DNA of 64,000 nt, from positions 64,001 through 128,000 of IMG/VR virus record IMGVR_UViG_2882674194_000007. One strand, written 5' to 3'. Numbering within the stretch: the first letter of the stretch is position 1; the number at the start of each line of letters is the position of its first letter. Both the position numbers and the translations under genes were made by a program. Shown here piece after piece: positions 53,047 through 63,705 of the stretch. The notes below the pieces were generated by a model that worked only from the letters and a program-made list of their open reading frames with translations, was not told where the DNA came from and did no database searches. This DNA comes from a virus. Its lineage: Duplodnaviria > Caudoviricetes.

Positions 53047-53817
53047 ATGGCGGTTTGGATCACAGGTGATATACACGGAAATCCACAAAGTTTTTCAACA
53101 GATATTTTTCCAGAGCAGAAAGCAATGACAAAAGATGATGTAGTTATTATTCTTGGTGATTTCGGACTCGTGTGGGATTACAAGGGAGAAAATAGAACTG
53201 AGAAGTATTGGCTAGACTGGCTTGAAAATAAACCGTTCACAACACTGTTTGTTGATGGCAACCATGATAATTTTGATAGACTTGATAATTACCCAATAGA
53301 ACAGTGGCACGGAGGAAATGTGCATTTCATTCGTCCATCAGTCATTCATCTTATGAGAGGTCAGATTTTCAGTATTGAAGATAAGTCATTCTTTGCTTTT
53401 GGTGGTGCAAGCAGCCATGATATATCTGCTGGAATATTGGAACCTGATGATCCAGGACTCAAAGAAAAGAAGAAAAAGTTAGACAAAAATCCATACGCTT
53501 TATACAGAATCAATCATGTAAGCTGGTGGGAAAGAGAACTTCCAAATGAAGAAGAAATGAATGAGGGATTGGTGAATCTCAAAAAATATAATAATAAGGT
53601 AGATTATATCATTACTCATAGTCCATATACTTCATTGCTTAGGCAGATGGACGGTGGCTCAGAATTATATCAGAGAGATAGATTGACTGATTATTTGCAA
53701 AGTATTAAACAGAGTGTCGATTATAAGGCATGGATTTTCGGACATATGCACCAGAACAAAACTTTTCACTGGGAAAGAAGTAGTTGCTTATATGAGCAGA
53801 TTATAAGGATTCTGTAG
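53047..53817 (+). CDS. Metallophosphoesterase (calcineurin-like)
   Basis: GDIHG, GDFG, GNHD, THSP, GHMH. Confidence 0.88.
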   Translation: MAVWITGDIHGNPQSFSTDIFPEQKAMTKDDVVIILGDFGLVWDYKGENRTEKYWLDWLENKPFTTLFVDGNHDNFDRLDNYPIEQWHGGNVHFIRPSVIHLMRGQIFSIEDKSFFAFGGASSHDISAGILEPDDPGLKEKKKKLDKNPYALYRINHVSWWERELPNEEEMNEGLVNLKKYNNKVDYIITHSPYTSLLRQMDGGSELYQRDRLTDYLQSIKQSVDYKAWIFGHMHQNKTFHWERSSCLYEQIIRIL

Positions 53818-54370
53818 AAAGGAATAGTGATTAAAATGAATCAATATCCAAAAGTCAAGTGCCTAAATTGCAGAAAAGAAATTGGGGAGTGTAATTTTAA
53901 AACCTTTACAGTCAATTTGAAAGGTTATGATAAGAATGGTAAAAGAAAATTATTTTGCAGTCAAGAGTGTTATGAACAATATAAAAAGCAGTTTGAAGTA
54001 GAAGTATATAATGGGTGTTCAATTTACGCAGTTGAGCATTTGGGAGAAATAAGGTATATGCCTTGGTGGTTCTCAAGTTACTATTTTACAAATATCGAAG
54101 ACTGTAGAAAGAGAATAGATAGAAAAGAAGTAGGTATTTATCCTTCATATTTGTTTGGATTATTAGTTAGATAGAGAATAATCAATCAGGTACACAGTAA
54201 CAAGTAAACATTTCGCACGGTTATCCGTAGACAAATCCAATAATTACAACTGAACAGTTATGTCCGTTTTGGGTGGTGAACAGCATACCCTTGGCTTAAA
54301 TTACGCAAAATTTAGCCATAAACCACTGATGACATAGATTTTATTATAGATTTGTTCTGATCTAATTTCT

Positions 54371-55396
54371 ATGTTCCAGTCTGAGAAGGCTGTTGATGTT
54401 ATATATGATGTGAAAATATTTTTAATGAATTTATTTACAGGAGGAACAAATTTGGGATTTCAGGTAAAGAAAGCAGTAAGAGAAAAGATTTATGTAAAGG
54501 TAGCATTGATGAGTCCTAGTGGTGGCGGTAAGACGTATTCGGCATTGAAACTGGCTACTGGCATGGCAAATAAGATTGAGCAGCAGACAGGTAATAGACC
54601 GAAGATCCTGCTTGGCAACACAGAGGCAAAGCGTGGATATTACTACGCTAATGAGTTTGATTATGACATTGTTGATATTGACGCTCCGCATAATCCAGAG
54701 AAGTATGTAGAATTCATTGAGTTTGCGGTCAAGGAAGGATATGGAATTCTTATTATTGACAGTTCTTCTCACGAATGGGAAGGCAAAGGCGGATGTCTTG
54801 AACTTCAGCAGCAAGCAGGTGGTACATATCAGGCATGGGGTAAGGTAACTCCTAGACATAATAAGTTTATTGAAGCTATCGCAGACAGTCCTATTCATCT
54901 GATTGCTACTATGAGGGGCAAGGATCAGTATGAACTTGAAAAGGATGAAAAGGGTAAGACAAGCGTTAAGAAACTTGGTGTTGGCGCAAAGCAGAGAGAT
55001 GGTTTTGAGTATGAGTTTACTTGTACGTTCTTGATTGACCAGAAGACACATATGGCAGAGGTTCAGAAAGATAATACCCATATCTTTGAAAATGAGACAG
55101 CTACATTGTTGAATGAGTCTTATGGCGAAAAGATTATGGAATGGGCAGATTCAGGAGAGGGTTATACACCCGTTGTAAGGAACAAAGATACTGGTTCCGA
55201 TGTTGCAAGTGATGATATTTCTGCTGTTAAGAAAGAAATTATTGCAATGTGTACCAAACTTGGTGGCACAAAGAATGAAGAACTGATGACTACATTAAAA
55301 GAGTTCGTGCCTAGCGGGAACCCAAATGCACTGAAAGATATCGAGAAAGCTAATAATTGTTTAGAAAAGATTAAGGCTATCAAGCCTATTGCATAA
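54371..55396 (+). CDS. AAA_24 / Sak4-like ssDNA-annealing ATPase (likely start TTG ~54452)
   Basis: SPSGGGKT Walker A; LIIDS; EYEF; adjacent to ssb. Confidence 0.8.
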   Translation: MFQSEKAVDVIYDVKIFLMNLFTGGTNLGFQVKKAVREKIYVKVALMSPSGGGKTYSALKLATGMANKIEQQTGNRPKILLGNTEAKRGYYYANEFDYDIVDIDAPHNPEKYVEFIEFAVKEGYGILIIDSSSHEWEGKGGCLELQQQAGGTYQAWGKVTPRHNKFIEAIADSPIHLIATMRGKDQYELEKDEKGKTSVKKLGVGAKQRDGFEYEFTCTFLIDQKTHMAEVQKDNTHIFENETATLLNESYGEKIMEWADSGEGYTPVVRNKDTGSDVASDDISAVKKEIIAMCTKLGGTKNEELMTTLKEFVPSGNPNALKDIEKANNCLEKIKAIKPIA

Positions 55397-55416
55397 TCAG
55401 AGGAGGATAAGAAAGA

Positions 55417-55851
55417 ATGAATAAAGTAGAACTTGTAGGAAGATTAACTCGTGATCCAGAGGTTAGATACACACAGGGAGAAAACGCAAGTGCGATTGCA
55501 CGTTTCTCCGTTGCTGTAAACAGACGTTTTAAGAACAATGAAGGTAATTATGATGCAGATTTTATCAACTGTGTTGCATTTAGTAAATCTGCTGAGTTTA
55601 TTGAGAAGTATTTTAAGAAGGGTATGGCTATCGGTATTTCGGGTCGTATTCAGACAGGTAACTATACAAACAAGGACGGTGTAAAGGTTTATACGACAGA
55701 TGTTGTTGTAGAAGAAGCGGAGTTTGTTGAGAGTAAAAATAGCGGTGGGGCATCTGCACCTTCAAATACGTCAGCAAGCAACAATGCACCTTCTGCTGAT
55801 GGTTTTATGAATATTCCTGATGGCATAGATGAAGAACTTCCATTTTCATAA
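55417..55851 (+). CDS. ssb: Single-stranded DNA-binding protein
   Basis: MNKVELVGRLTRDPE...DEELPF. Confidence 0.96.
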   Translation: MNKVELVGRLTRDPEVRYTQGENASAIARFSVAVNRRFKNNEGNYDADFINCVAFSKSAEFIEKYFKKGMAIGISGRIQTGNYTNKDGVKVYTTDVVVEEAEFVESKNSGGASAPSNTSASNNAPSADGFMNIPDGIDEELPFS

Positions 55852-55854
55852 GAG

Positions 55855-56484
55855 GTGATAAAAATAGGACATTCACATGGTACATGTTGGACTAATGAAA
55901 TGGTAGTGTCTGAAATTGATAGGGTTGTTCAATCGCTTGAGTTGGATAGATTTCCAACTCATAGCGAGATTGAACAGTTTTATGGAAACAAATCATTGAC
56001 AAATAAGATATCAAAAAGTGGTGGTACAAAATATTGGGCTTCCAGATTAGGATATGGAGTTAAAGATTGTGAAAGTGAGTTTGGTGATTATTTTGAAAGA
56101 TATGCGATAGATGATATTTATCAACACACTGGACTTAGTAGTTACAAAAATAAAGTTGGATATCCATATGACATTACTACAAATAGGCACATTAAAGTTG
56201 ATATAAAGAGTTCAACAATTATAGAAAATAATTATGGCTACAAGTTTCATTCATTTAATTTAGAGAAGAAAGAACCAACATGTGATATTTATATTTTGTA
56301 TTGTCTAAATGATAATGACGAAATTCATAAGACAATGATTATTCCATCTTGTCATGTATATGGACAGACTCAGATAGGTATATCAGCATATGGAAATAGT
56401 AAATGGGATAAATATAGAGATCAATGGAAGTGGTTTGAAAAATATAATGATTTTTACATAAAATTGGAGAAAAATTCAATATGA
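55855..56484 (+). CDS. Putative PD-(D/E)XK endonuclease, possibly homing
   Basis: PYD...VDIKSS pattern; sits within the replication operon. Confidence 0.4.
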   Translation: MIKIGHSHGTCWTNEMVVSEIDRVVQSLELDRFPTHSEIEQFYGNKSLTNKISKSGGTKYWASRLGYGVKDCESEFGDYFERYAIDDIYQHTGLSSYKNKVGYPYDITTNRHIKVDIKSSTIIENNYGYKFHSFNLEKKEPTCDIYILYCLNDNDEIHKTMIIPSCHVYGQTQIGISAYGNSKWDKYRDQWKWFEKYNDFYIKLEKNSI

Positions 56485-56942
56485 GAAATCAATCAATAGT
56501 TACTTGTAAATATTCTGGGTGTTTGCATCCAGACAAAACATTGGATAAGGAACAGGCGGTTAAATCGGGTAATTCATATTATCATCCAGACTGTTTTCAA
56601 ACAAAGGAAGATATCAAAAAGATTATTGATCTGTTCAAGAATCATATAAATCCTAATCCCGTATATTCAACCTTGCAAAGTGTAATCAAGAATATCGTTT
56701 TTACAAAAGGACTTGGTAGCGATTTTCTATTGTTTGGATTGCAGTATTATATTGACCACAAAATACCATTGAATTATCCGCAAGGACTTTACTATGTAAT
56801 ACAAAATAAACAAGTGTTGGATGCTTATAATAAATCAAAAGTGAAGAACATGAAAAGCAACATTGAAATTAAAGAAGATTCTGGCTCGGAATTTACTCAT
56901 GTTCCGATTCAAAATAAAAGTTTTGCAGATATTATAAAGTGA
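56481..56942 (+). CDS. Zn-binding hypothetical protein upstream of helicase (possible loader)
   Basis: C....C...HPDC; gene position. Confidence 0.45.
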   Translation: MRNQSIVTCKYSGCLHPDKTLDKEQAVKSGNSYYHPDCFQTKEDIKKIIDLFKNHINPNPVYSTLQSVIKNIVFTKGLGSDFLLFGLQYYIDHKIPLNYPQGLYYVIQNKQVLDAYNKSKVKNMKSNIEIKEDSGSEFTHVPIQNKSFADIIK

Positions 56943-58306
56943 GGGGTGATAGCTATTTGGCATTAGACATTTCATTAATCTCAGACAATCAGGCTGAAGC
57001 AGGAGTAATTGCCACTTTGGTATATCATCCTGAATTTATATTGCATACAGACTATTTAAGACCTTCATATTTTTATAATGTAGAAAATGGCTGTATTTAT
57101 TGGGCGATACAGGAATTATACAAAAACGGTGTTGAGACAATAGACGCTATCAACATTACTAATATGCTCAACTCCAATAAGGCTGTAAAGAAAAAGATAG
57201 AAGAATATAATTTGACGGATATGCAAGAGTTCATTTCGATGAGCCAGTTCGCTTGCAGACATACATTGGAAGAATACAAATTGCTTGTGAATAATGTAGT
57301 TACAATGTCATTTAAGAGAGACTTAAACAAGGTTGTTTTGGAAGTACAGTCTGCTTGCTTCAATAGCGATTCTGACTTGAATAAACTCAATTCTCTGGTG
57401 AATACGAAAATCAACAAATTGACGGAGCAGTATATTACATCAAATGAAATAGAATTATTTGGCAGTCGTGTGGATGACTTGTGGAAAGAAATTTGCAGTC
57501 GTAGGACAGAAGATGGAGTTTATGGAATCCCTTCAAAATATGAAAGGCTAAATGAGTATTTTACATATGAGCCTGGGGAACTTGTATTGCTGAAAGCAAG
57601 AATGAAAAAGGGTAAATCTGCATTTTTTATGAATGAAGCAATTCATAAGATTAAAAATGGTGTTCCAACACTCTTTTTTGACACAGAAATGCAGGACAGA
57701 TTATTTTATGAGAGGATGCTTGCGAACTTAACAGGAATTGAAGTAAAGAGAATTAAAAACGGTAGATATTCTCATGAAGAAGGTCAGAAATTAGAGAAAA
57801 CAAATGAGTGGATCAAGAAGCAGCCATTCGTTCATATCTACACTCCACAAACAACAGATGAAGAAATATATGCTATACATAAAATTTTGAAATATAAAAT
57901 GGGATTGGAGTTTAGTATTTTCGATTACATCAAAAGCAACATTCTGTCTTCTTCTGAAAATTATAATGCTCTTGGTGCAAGATGCGATTTCCTAAAAAAC
58001 AATATAGCTGGCGAATTGAACATTGCAATGTTGGCTGGCGCACAGCTTAACAGGGCAAACCAAGTTGCAGATTCAGATAAGCTAGAGCGTTATGTAAGTG
58101 CAAGTATGCTATGGAGAGATAAAACAACAGAGGAACTTGCAAAAGATACATTGGATTGTGGTAATTTTGCTTTGACTGTAGATCTCAACCGCATGGGCGA
58201 ACAGATGGGAGAAGATGAGTATATAGATTTTAAATTTGATGGTAACAGGATGAGGATTGAACAGGCAAAACAACATGATTCATCGTCTAATCCGTTTGAA
58301 AAGTGA
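56939..58306 (+). CDS. dnaB: Replicative DnaB-like helicase
   Basis: ARMKKGKS Walker A; DTEM; FDY; AQLNR. Confidence 0.92.
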   Translation: MRGDSYLALDISLISDNQAEAGVIATLVYHPEFILHTDYLRPSYFYNVENGCIYWAIQELYKNGVETIDAINITNMLNSNKAVKKKIEEYNLTDMQEFISMSQFACRHTLEEYKLLVNNVVTMSFKRDLNKVVLEVQSACFNSDSDLNKLNSLVNTKINKLTEQYITSNEIELFGSRVDDLWKEICSRRTEDGVYGIPSKYERLNEYFTYEPGELVLLKARMKKGKSAFFMNEAIHKIKNGVPTLFFDTEMQDRLFYERMLANLTGIEVKRIKNGRYSHEEGQKLEKTNEWIKKQPFVHIYTPQTTDEEIYAIHKILKYKMGLEFSIFDYIKSNILSSSENYNALGARCDFLKNNIAGELNIAMLAGAQLNRANQVADSDKLERYVSASMLWRDKTTEELAKDTLDCGNFALTVDLNRMGEQMGEDEYIDFKFDGNRMRIEQAKQHDSSSNPFEK

Positions 58307-58317
58307 GGTGATAAAGG

Positions 58318-59337
58318 GTGGCTAACGACTACGATAATGAAGCTCTTATAGAGTTATGTTCAAAAGTAGATTTGTTTGAATATGCAAGTAAGGATATAGA
58401 CTTTGAAGGTCGCGGAGATAGTTATGCTGCCCATTGCCCAAAACATATTGACAAGACACCTTCTCTTGTAATTACTCCAAGCAAAAATTTGTTCCATTGC
58501 TTTTCCTGCGGTGTTGGTGGAAATATTATCAACTGGCTAATGACATTTGAGAATATGTTATTTAATGATGCAGTTAAAAAAGTTGGTGTATTAGCAGGAG
58601 TAGATGTAAAGAACCTGAAGCAATGCAGCGCATTAAAGGTGTATAAAAATCTTGCACAAATTACAGAAGCTAAAAAGAAAAATGTGGTTGATAGAGTTAT
58701 ACTGAATGATTCTGAAATAGATAAATATGAAGATAAAGTTCCTGAAGAGTGGATAGATGAGGGGATTAATCCAGATATTATGAAAAAATATAATGTTAGG
58801 ATTGACAACATGGCAAATAGAATAGTCTACCCTGTATATGATAGCGAATTACGATTGATCGGATTTAAGGGGCGCACAAGATATAAGAACTATAAGGAAA
58901 TGAAAATCAAGAAGTACCAAAATTATCAGAAGATTGGTACAACAGATTTCTTTGTAGGGATGAAAGAAAACTACGAAAATATTATAAATCACGATGAAGT
59001 TATCATCTTTGAAGGTATCAAGTCTGGCATGAAAGTAGGGGGGTGGGGGTATAATTATTGGCTTTCAAGTGAGACGGGGTGGTTAAATGATGATCAAGTG
59101 TTATTGCTCATTAAATTAGGAGTAAAAAACATAGTTATTGCTTATGACAATGATGTTGATATTAAAAAGATACAAGAATGTACAAAAAAACTTAGGAAGT
59201 TTACAAATGTATATGTTGTGACTGACAGGAAGTTTGTAAAAGAAAGATTATTAGGAAAAATAGAAGATAAAATGTCTCCCTGTGATAAAGGCAAGGAAGT
59301 ATGGGAGATTTTATATAGAGAGAAAAGGAGGTTATAA
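58318..59337 (+). CDS. dnaG: DNA primase (CHC2 zinc finger + Toprim)
   Basis: CPKH.DKTPS...HCFSC; FEG; YDND. Confidence 0.9.
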   Translation: MANDYDNEALIELCSKVDLFEYASKDIDFEGRGDSYAAHCPKHIDKTPSLVITPSKNLFHCFSCGVGGNIINWLMTFENMLFNDAVKKVGVLAGVDVKNLKQCSALKVYKNLAQITEAKKKNVVDRVILNDSEIDKYEDKVPEEWIDEGINPDIMKKYNVRIDNMANRIVYPVYDSELRLIGFKGRTRYKNYKEMKIKKYQNYQKIGTTDFFVGMKENYENIINHDEVIIFEGIKSGMKVGGWGYNYWLSSETGWLNDDQVLLLIKLGVKNIVIAYDNDVDIKKIQECTKKLRKFTNVYVVTDRKFVKERLLGKIEDKMSPCDKGKEVWEILYREKRRL

Positions 59338-59343
59338 TAATAT

Positions 59344-60183
59344 TTGACTGAAGAAGAATTATTTGTAATGGATACTATGACATGGAGTTTTTCACGATTA
59401 AATTCATATTATAATTGTGCTTATGAATGGTATTTACATTACTTGGAATGTAATAAATCAGAAAATGGATTTTTTGGAGAGTACGGATCTTTTATACATA
59501 AAATACTTGAAAAATATATAAGTGGTGAATTGTCGTTGTTTGACTTAAATCAATACTATGAGGAAAACTTCAATGAATCAGTTCCACACGATGCGCCGCC
59601 AAATAAATACGTTGATATTAGACAGTCATATTATGACAAAGGGATCGAGTATTTGAATAATATAGATTTGGATTTAGACAGATATGAAATCCTTGGAGTA
59701 GAAAAAGAAATACACTTTACAATAGAAGATAAAGACTTTGTAGGATATATAGACTTGTTGGTTAAGGATAGAGAAACAGATGAAATAATTATTATTGACC
59801 ACAAATCGGCAAGTATTAAGATTTTGAAAAATGGGAGTATCAGTAAAACGGATCAGAAACATTTCTTAGAGTTTAAAAGGCAGCTTTATCTATATTCAAT
59901 CCCCATTGTAAAAGAATATGGTAGTGTTTCCAAATTAAAGTGGAATATGTTTAAAGATCAGAAATGGATTGAAATACCTTGGAAACAAGAAGAATATGAT
60001 GAGGCTATCCAGTGGGCGAAAGATACTTTGAAACTTATTGAGAATGAATCTTTGTGGCTACCAAATCAGGATTACTATTATTGCAATTATTTATGTGGAC
60101 AGAGAAATAATGCTTGTGAATTTAAGCCACAGCCAATTAGTAAGAAAAGCAATGATGATGAATATTACAATCCAAACGAATAG
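59344..60183 (+). CDS. PD-(D/E)XK (RecB/Cas4-like) exonuclease
   Basis: WSFSRL...C; GYIDL; IDHKS; QLYLY; C-terminal Cys cluster. Confidence 0.85.
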   Translation: MTEEELFVMDTMTWSFSRLNSYYNCAYEWYLHYLECNKSENGFFGEYGSFIHKILEKYISGELSLFDLNQYYEENFNESVPHDAPPNKYVDIRQSYYDKGIEYLNNIDLDLDRYEILGVEKEIHFTIEDKDFVGYIDLLVKDRETDEIIIIDHKSASIKILKNGSISKTDQKHFLEFKRQLYLYSIPIVKEYGSVSKLKWNMFKDQKWIEIPWKQEEYDEAIQWAKDTLKLIENESLWLPNQDYYYCNYLCGQRNNACEFKPQPISKKSNDDEYYNPNE

Positions 60184-60198
60184 ACCAATGTAAGCGAG

Positions 60199-63100
60199 GT
60201 GATAAATATTAATGATAATTTGATTACATATGCGCAGCAAGCATCAGAAAGGCTCAAATTTGATTTTCCATATGATATACCAACATGGATAAATAATATG
60301 AACATGATGATGGAAAACTACCACAAACATACTACATGGTCAGATTTAGTTCAAATTGACTCTCCGACAAGTGTAGATGATTTTATCAAACTTTCAGATA
60401 ATTATGGGTGTAAGTGTTATTTTTCTGGTGAGCATGGATTCCCTGGCGAATGGCTATATTGTTACGATGTATGTAAAAATACTTTTGATAAGGATGTTAG
60501 GGAAAAGAAAGGTCTTAATAATCCTATTAAGTTCAGATATTCCGTAGAAGCATATTGGGTGAAAGATGCAAACGAAATTTTATATGAACAATATGAAGAT
60601 AAAAAGACTGGTGAAATAAAAACAAGAGAAAAAAAAGATAATACGAATTGTCATATGGTAATTGTCGCTAGGAATTACAATGCGATGCGAAAGTTGAATT
60701 ATATATTATCATGTGCACACGATGAAGGATTTTATTATAAGCCAAGAATTGATTTGAAGTCATTATTTACTTTGGATAAAGATGATGTATATATTACTTC
60801 TGCGTGTATTGCAGGATGGAAATATGAAGATGCGACAGAAATTTGGCTAAATATATGGAAACATTTTGGAGATAGTTTTTTCCTTGAATATCAGGCTAAT
60901 AATACGGAACCACAAAAGGAACTGAATAAAAGAATATACGAAATATCTAAAACATTTGGTATACAAACTATTATTGGACTTGATACTCATTACATAAATG
61001 ATGAAGACTGCGCAAAAAGAAATAATCTTTTATTAAGAAAAAAACTCATTTATGAGGGTGAAGACGGATGGTATATGGACTTTCCAACAGGAAATATCGT
61101 ATATCAAAGAATGGTTGAACAGGATTGTTTGCCAAAAGAAGAAATTATTTATGCAATGATGAACACCCATGTTTTTGTGAATGGTTGTGAGGAACTTTCA
61201 TATAATACAGACTTTAAGATTCCGATACTTGACGAATACAAACAAGAAAGTTATGAAACACGATCCCAAATTTTGAAACAGATATTAAATGAAAAATACA
61301 ATAATGAAGATGAAGAACATCACACACCAGATAGGTTTGAAGGAATGGAATACGAGTATGGTGAGATAGATGGAAGTCATACGGCAGATTATTTCCTCAG
61401 TAACCATGCGTTAGTTGACTTGGCAGTAACAAAATATAATGGACAATTAACTACCACATCAAGAGGAAGTGCGAGTTCTTATTATACAAGTAAACTACTT
61501 GGTTTCACAACGATGGATAGGTTTGAAGCAGAAGTTCCAATTTATCCTGAACGATTTGTTACAAAAGAACGTATCCTTGCTTCTCATCAGATGCCAGATA
61601 TTGACTTTAATGTTGCTGATCAAAAACCATTTGTAGATGCGGCAAAAGAATTATTTGGTGAACATGGTTGTTATCCACTTCTCTCAGTGGGTAAATTAGG
61701 TGAAAAGTCTGGTTTTAAACTTTATGCAGATATAAGAGGACTTGAGCCGAGTGTTGCAAATGATATTTCAAAATGTATTGACCAATATAATGAAGCACTA
61801 AAACAGGTTGATGACGAAGAAGATAAAAAGGATATTCATATCGAAGATTACATCACTGATCCAAAATATCTTGAAATATTCAATGATAGTAAACCATATC
61901 AGGGGATTATTGAACAAGCGAAATGTCATGCCTGTGGATTTTTATTATTTAATGGAAATCCAAACCAGAAAGATGTAATAGGATATGGAGATATTAGATA
62001 TGAAATCGGTTTGATTCGATGCCAGTCCGAAAGTACAGGGAAATCAACGATTGTAGCAAACATAGAAGGCGGCTTGCTTGATTCATATGGTTATGTAAAA
62101 GATGACTTTCTAATTGTAGATGTGGTGGGTATCATTTATAAATTGTATCAAAACATTGGTATGAAGGTTCCTACGGTGTCACAGCTTAGAAAGATGGTAC
62201 AGGAAGATGAATTGACGTGGAGAATGTATGAAATCGGAGCTACATGTTGTTTAAATCAGTGTGAAAAACCAACAACAACCAAAAGGGTTATGAAATACAA
62301 ACCAACAGAAATAAAGGAATTGGCAGCTTTTATTGCCGCAATTCGTCCTGGCTTTAAATCACTGATTGATGGATTTTTGAACCGTGTTGAATATACAAAC
62401 GGAGAAAAGGCAATAGATGATCTTCTTCAAGATTGTTTTCACTATATGCTGTATCAGGAAGCGGTTATGAAGATTTTTTCGTGGCTTGGTATAAAAATGA
62501 AAGACAGCTACGACACAATCAAAAAAATCAGCAAGAAAAAACTTAAAGGTGAAGCATTAAAGCATGTAGAAGATACTTTGGCATATCACTGGTCAAGCAA
62601 TATTGGAAACTTAGATAATTTTAAACCGGTATATAAAGTTATAAAAGATAGTTCTCGTTACTCATTCAATGCTCCCCATGCGTTAGCTATGGCGAATGAT
62701 TCATTATATGAGGCATGGGCTAAAGCACATCATCCTTCAATATTTTATGAGACAACCCTTAACCATTATCAGGAGAAAGGGAATAAAAATAAAGTTGCAG
62801 ACTTAGAAAAAGAAGCAATGACAATCTTTGGTTATTCTATTGGTTCTTACGAATATGGAAAAGATAACACAAAGTTTACTGTTGATGATGATACAAAAAC
62901 GATTTATCCCAATCTTGCCAGTGTAAAAGATATAGGTGAAAAAGCAGTAGAAGATATGGTGAATATCTACAAGGCTGGAAATGATAATATTATAGATACT
63001 TATTTGGCTATTAAAGGTACAAAGATAAACGCTTCTGTATTTAGGAAGATGGTTAAGATTGAATATTTTAAGAAATTTGGAACTGTGAAAAAGTTGCTTC

Positions 63101-63705
63101 AGTGTGTGGATATTGTTGAATATTGGAGAGGAAAAAGTAAAGATGTAAGAAAAACTATATCTAAAGAAGGTGTGGCAAAACTTGGATTGGATAAAATTGA
63201 TTATCTAAAATATGTGACAGATAAAACAAAGTCTGGAAACGAAAGTAAGCAGTATAGAATTACTGATTGGAGGGGATTAGTAACTGCATTATGTAATAGC
63301 ATTCCAAATGAAGAATTTGAATCTACTCAGTTAGCAAATTATCAATATGAAGTTTTAGGATATGTTGATCGCATAGATCCGAAACTGGAATGGAGATATG
63401 TTTGCATAACAAATTTAAATAAAACATATTCACCAAAATTCAGCGCATATTGTATTCAAAATGGGAAAATTACCGAGATGAAAGTTCATAAGACTATACC
63501 ACGTAATGATAAGAGATGTAAGGTTAGTTTCAAACAAGTTCCATTTGAAGAAGGAGAAATTATCTACATAAAAGATTGTAAAAAAGAACCTAAGAAAATA
63601 AAGGTAGATGATGAATGGCAGATTGTCCCAGACACTTATGAGTGGTGGATTAAAGACTATTATAAGGTCGTAGCGAATGAGAAGAAAGAGGTGAGCGATT
63701 CATAA
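60199..63705 (+). CDS. dnaE: DNA polymerase III alpha subunit (DnaE-like)
   Basis: PHP HKHT; SRGSA; PDIDF; HACG; YQE; YSFNAPHA. Confidence 0.93.
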   Translation: MININDNLITYAQQASERLKFDFPYDIPTWINNMNMMMENYHKHTTWSDLVQIDSPTSVDDFIKLSDNYGCKCYFSGEHGFPGEWLYCYDVCKNTFDKDVREKKGLNNPIKFRYSVEAYWVKDANEILYEQYEDKKTGEIKTREKKDNTNCHMVIVARNYNAMRKLNYILSCAHDEGFYYKPRIDLKSLFTLDKDDVYITSACIAGWKYEDATEIWLNIWKHFGDSFFLEYQANNTEPQKELNKRIYEISKTFGIQTIIGLDTHYINDEDCAKRNNLLLRKKLIYEGEDGWYMDFPTGNIVYQRMVEQDCLPKEEIIYAMMNTHVFVNGCEELSYNTDFKIPILDEYKQESYETRSQILKQILNEKYNNEDEEHHTPDRFEGMEYEYGEIDGSHTADYFLSNHALVDLAVTKYNGQLTTTSRGSASSYYTSKLLGFTTMDRFEAEVPIYPERFVTKERILASHQMPDIDFNVADQKPFVDAAKELFGEHGCYPLLSVGKLGEKSGFKLYADIRGLEPSVANDISKCIDQYNEALKQVDDEEDKKDIHIEDYITDPKYLEIFNDSKPYQGIIEQAKCHACGFLLFNGNPNQKDVIGYGDIRYEIGLIRCQSESTGKSTIVANIEGGLLDSYGYVKDDFLIVDVVGIIYKLYQNIGMKVPTVSQLRKMVQEDELTWRMYEIGATCCLNQCEKPTTTKRVMKYKPTEIKELAAFIAAIRPGFKSLIDGFLNRVEYTNGEKAIDDLLQDCFHYMLYQEAVMKIFSWLGIKMKDSYDTIKKISKKKLKGEALKHVEDTLAYHWSSNIGNLDNFKPVYKVIKDSSRYSFNAPHALAMANDSLYEAWAKAHHPSIFYETTLNHYQEKGNKNKVADLEKEAMTIFGYSIGSYEYGKDNTKFTVDDDTKTIYPNLASVKDIGEKAVEDMVNIYKAGNDNIIDTYLAIKGTKINASVFRKMVKIEYFKKFGTVKKLLQCVDIVEYWRGKSKDVRKTISKEGVAKLGLDKIDYLKYVTDKTKSGNESKQYRITDWRGLVTALCNSIPNEEFESTQLANYQYEVLGYVDRIDPKLEWRYVCITNLNKTYSPKFSAYCIQNGKITEMKVHKTIPRNDKRCKVSFKQVPFEEGEIIYIKDCKKEPKKIKVDDEWQIVPDTYEWWIKDYYKVVANEKKEVSDS

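Noticed and set aside
1400-59862. Numerous minus-strand ORFs in the track (e.g. 51158..51733, 54431..55081)
   Set aside because: They are antisense shadows of plus-strand genes with no motifs or RBS; only 15752..15994 is accepted.
59344-60183. Cas4 as evidence of a CRISPR-Cas system
   Set aside because: It is a solo exonuclease in a replication operon; no array or other cas genes are present.
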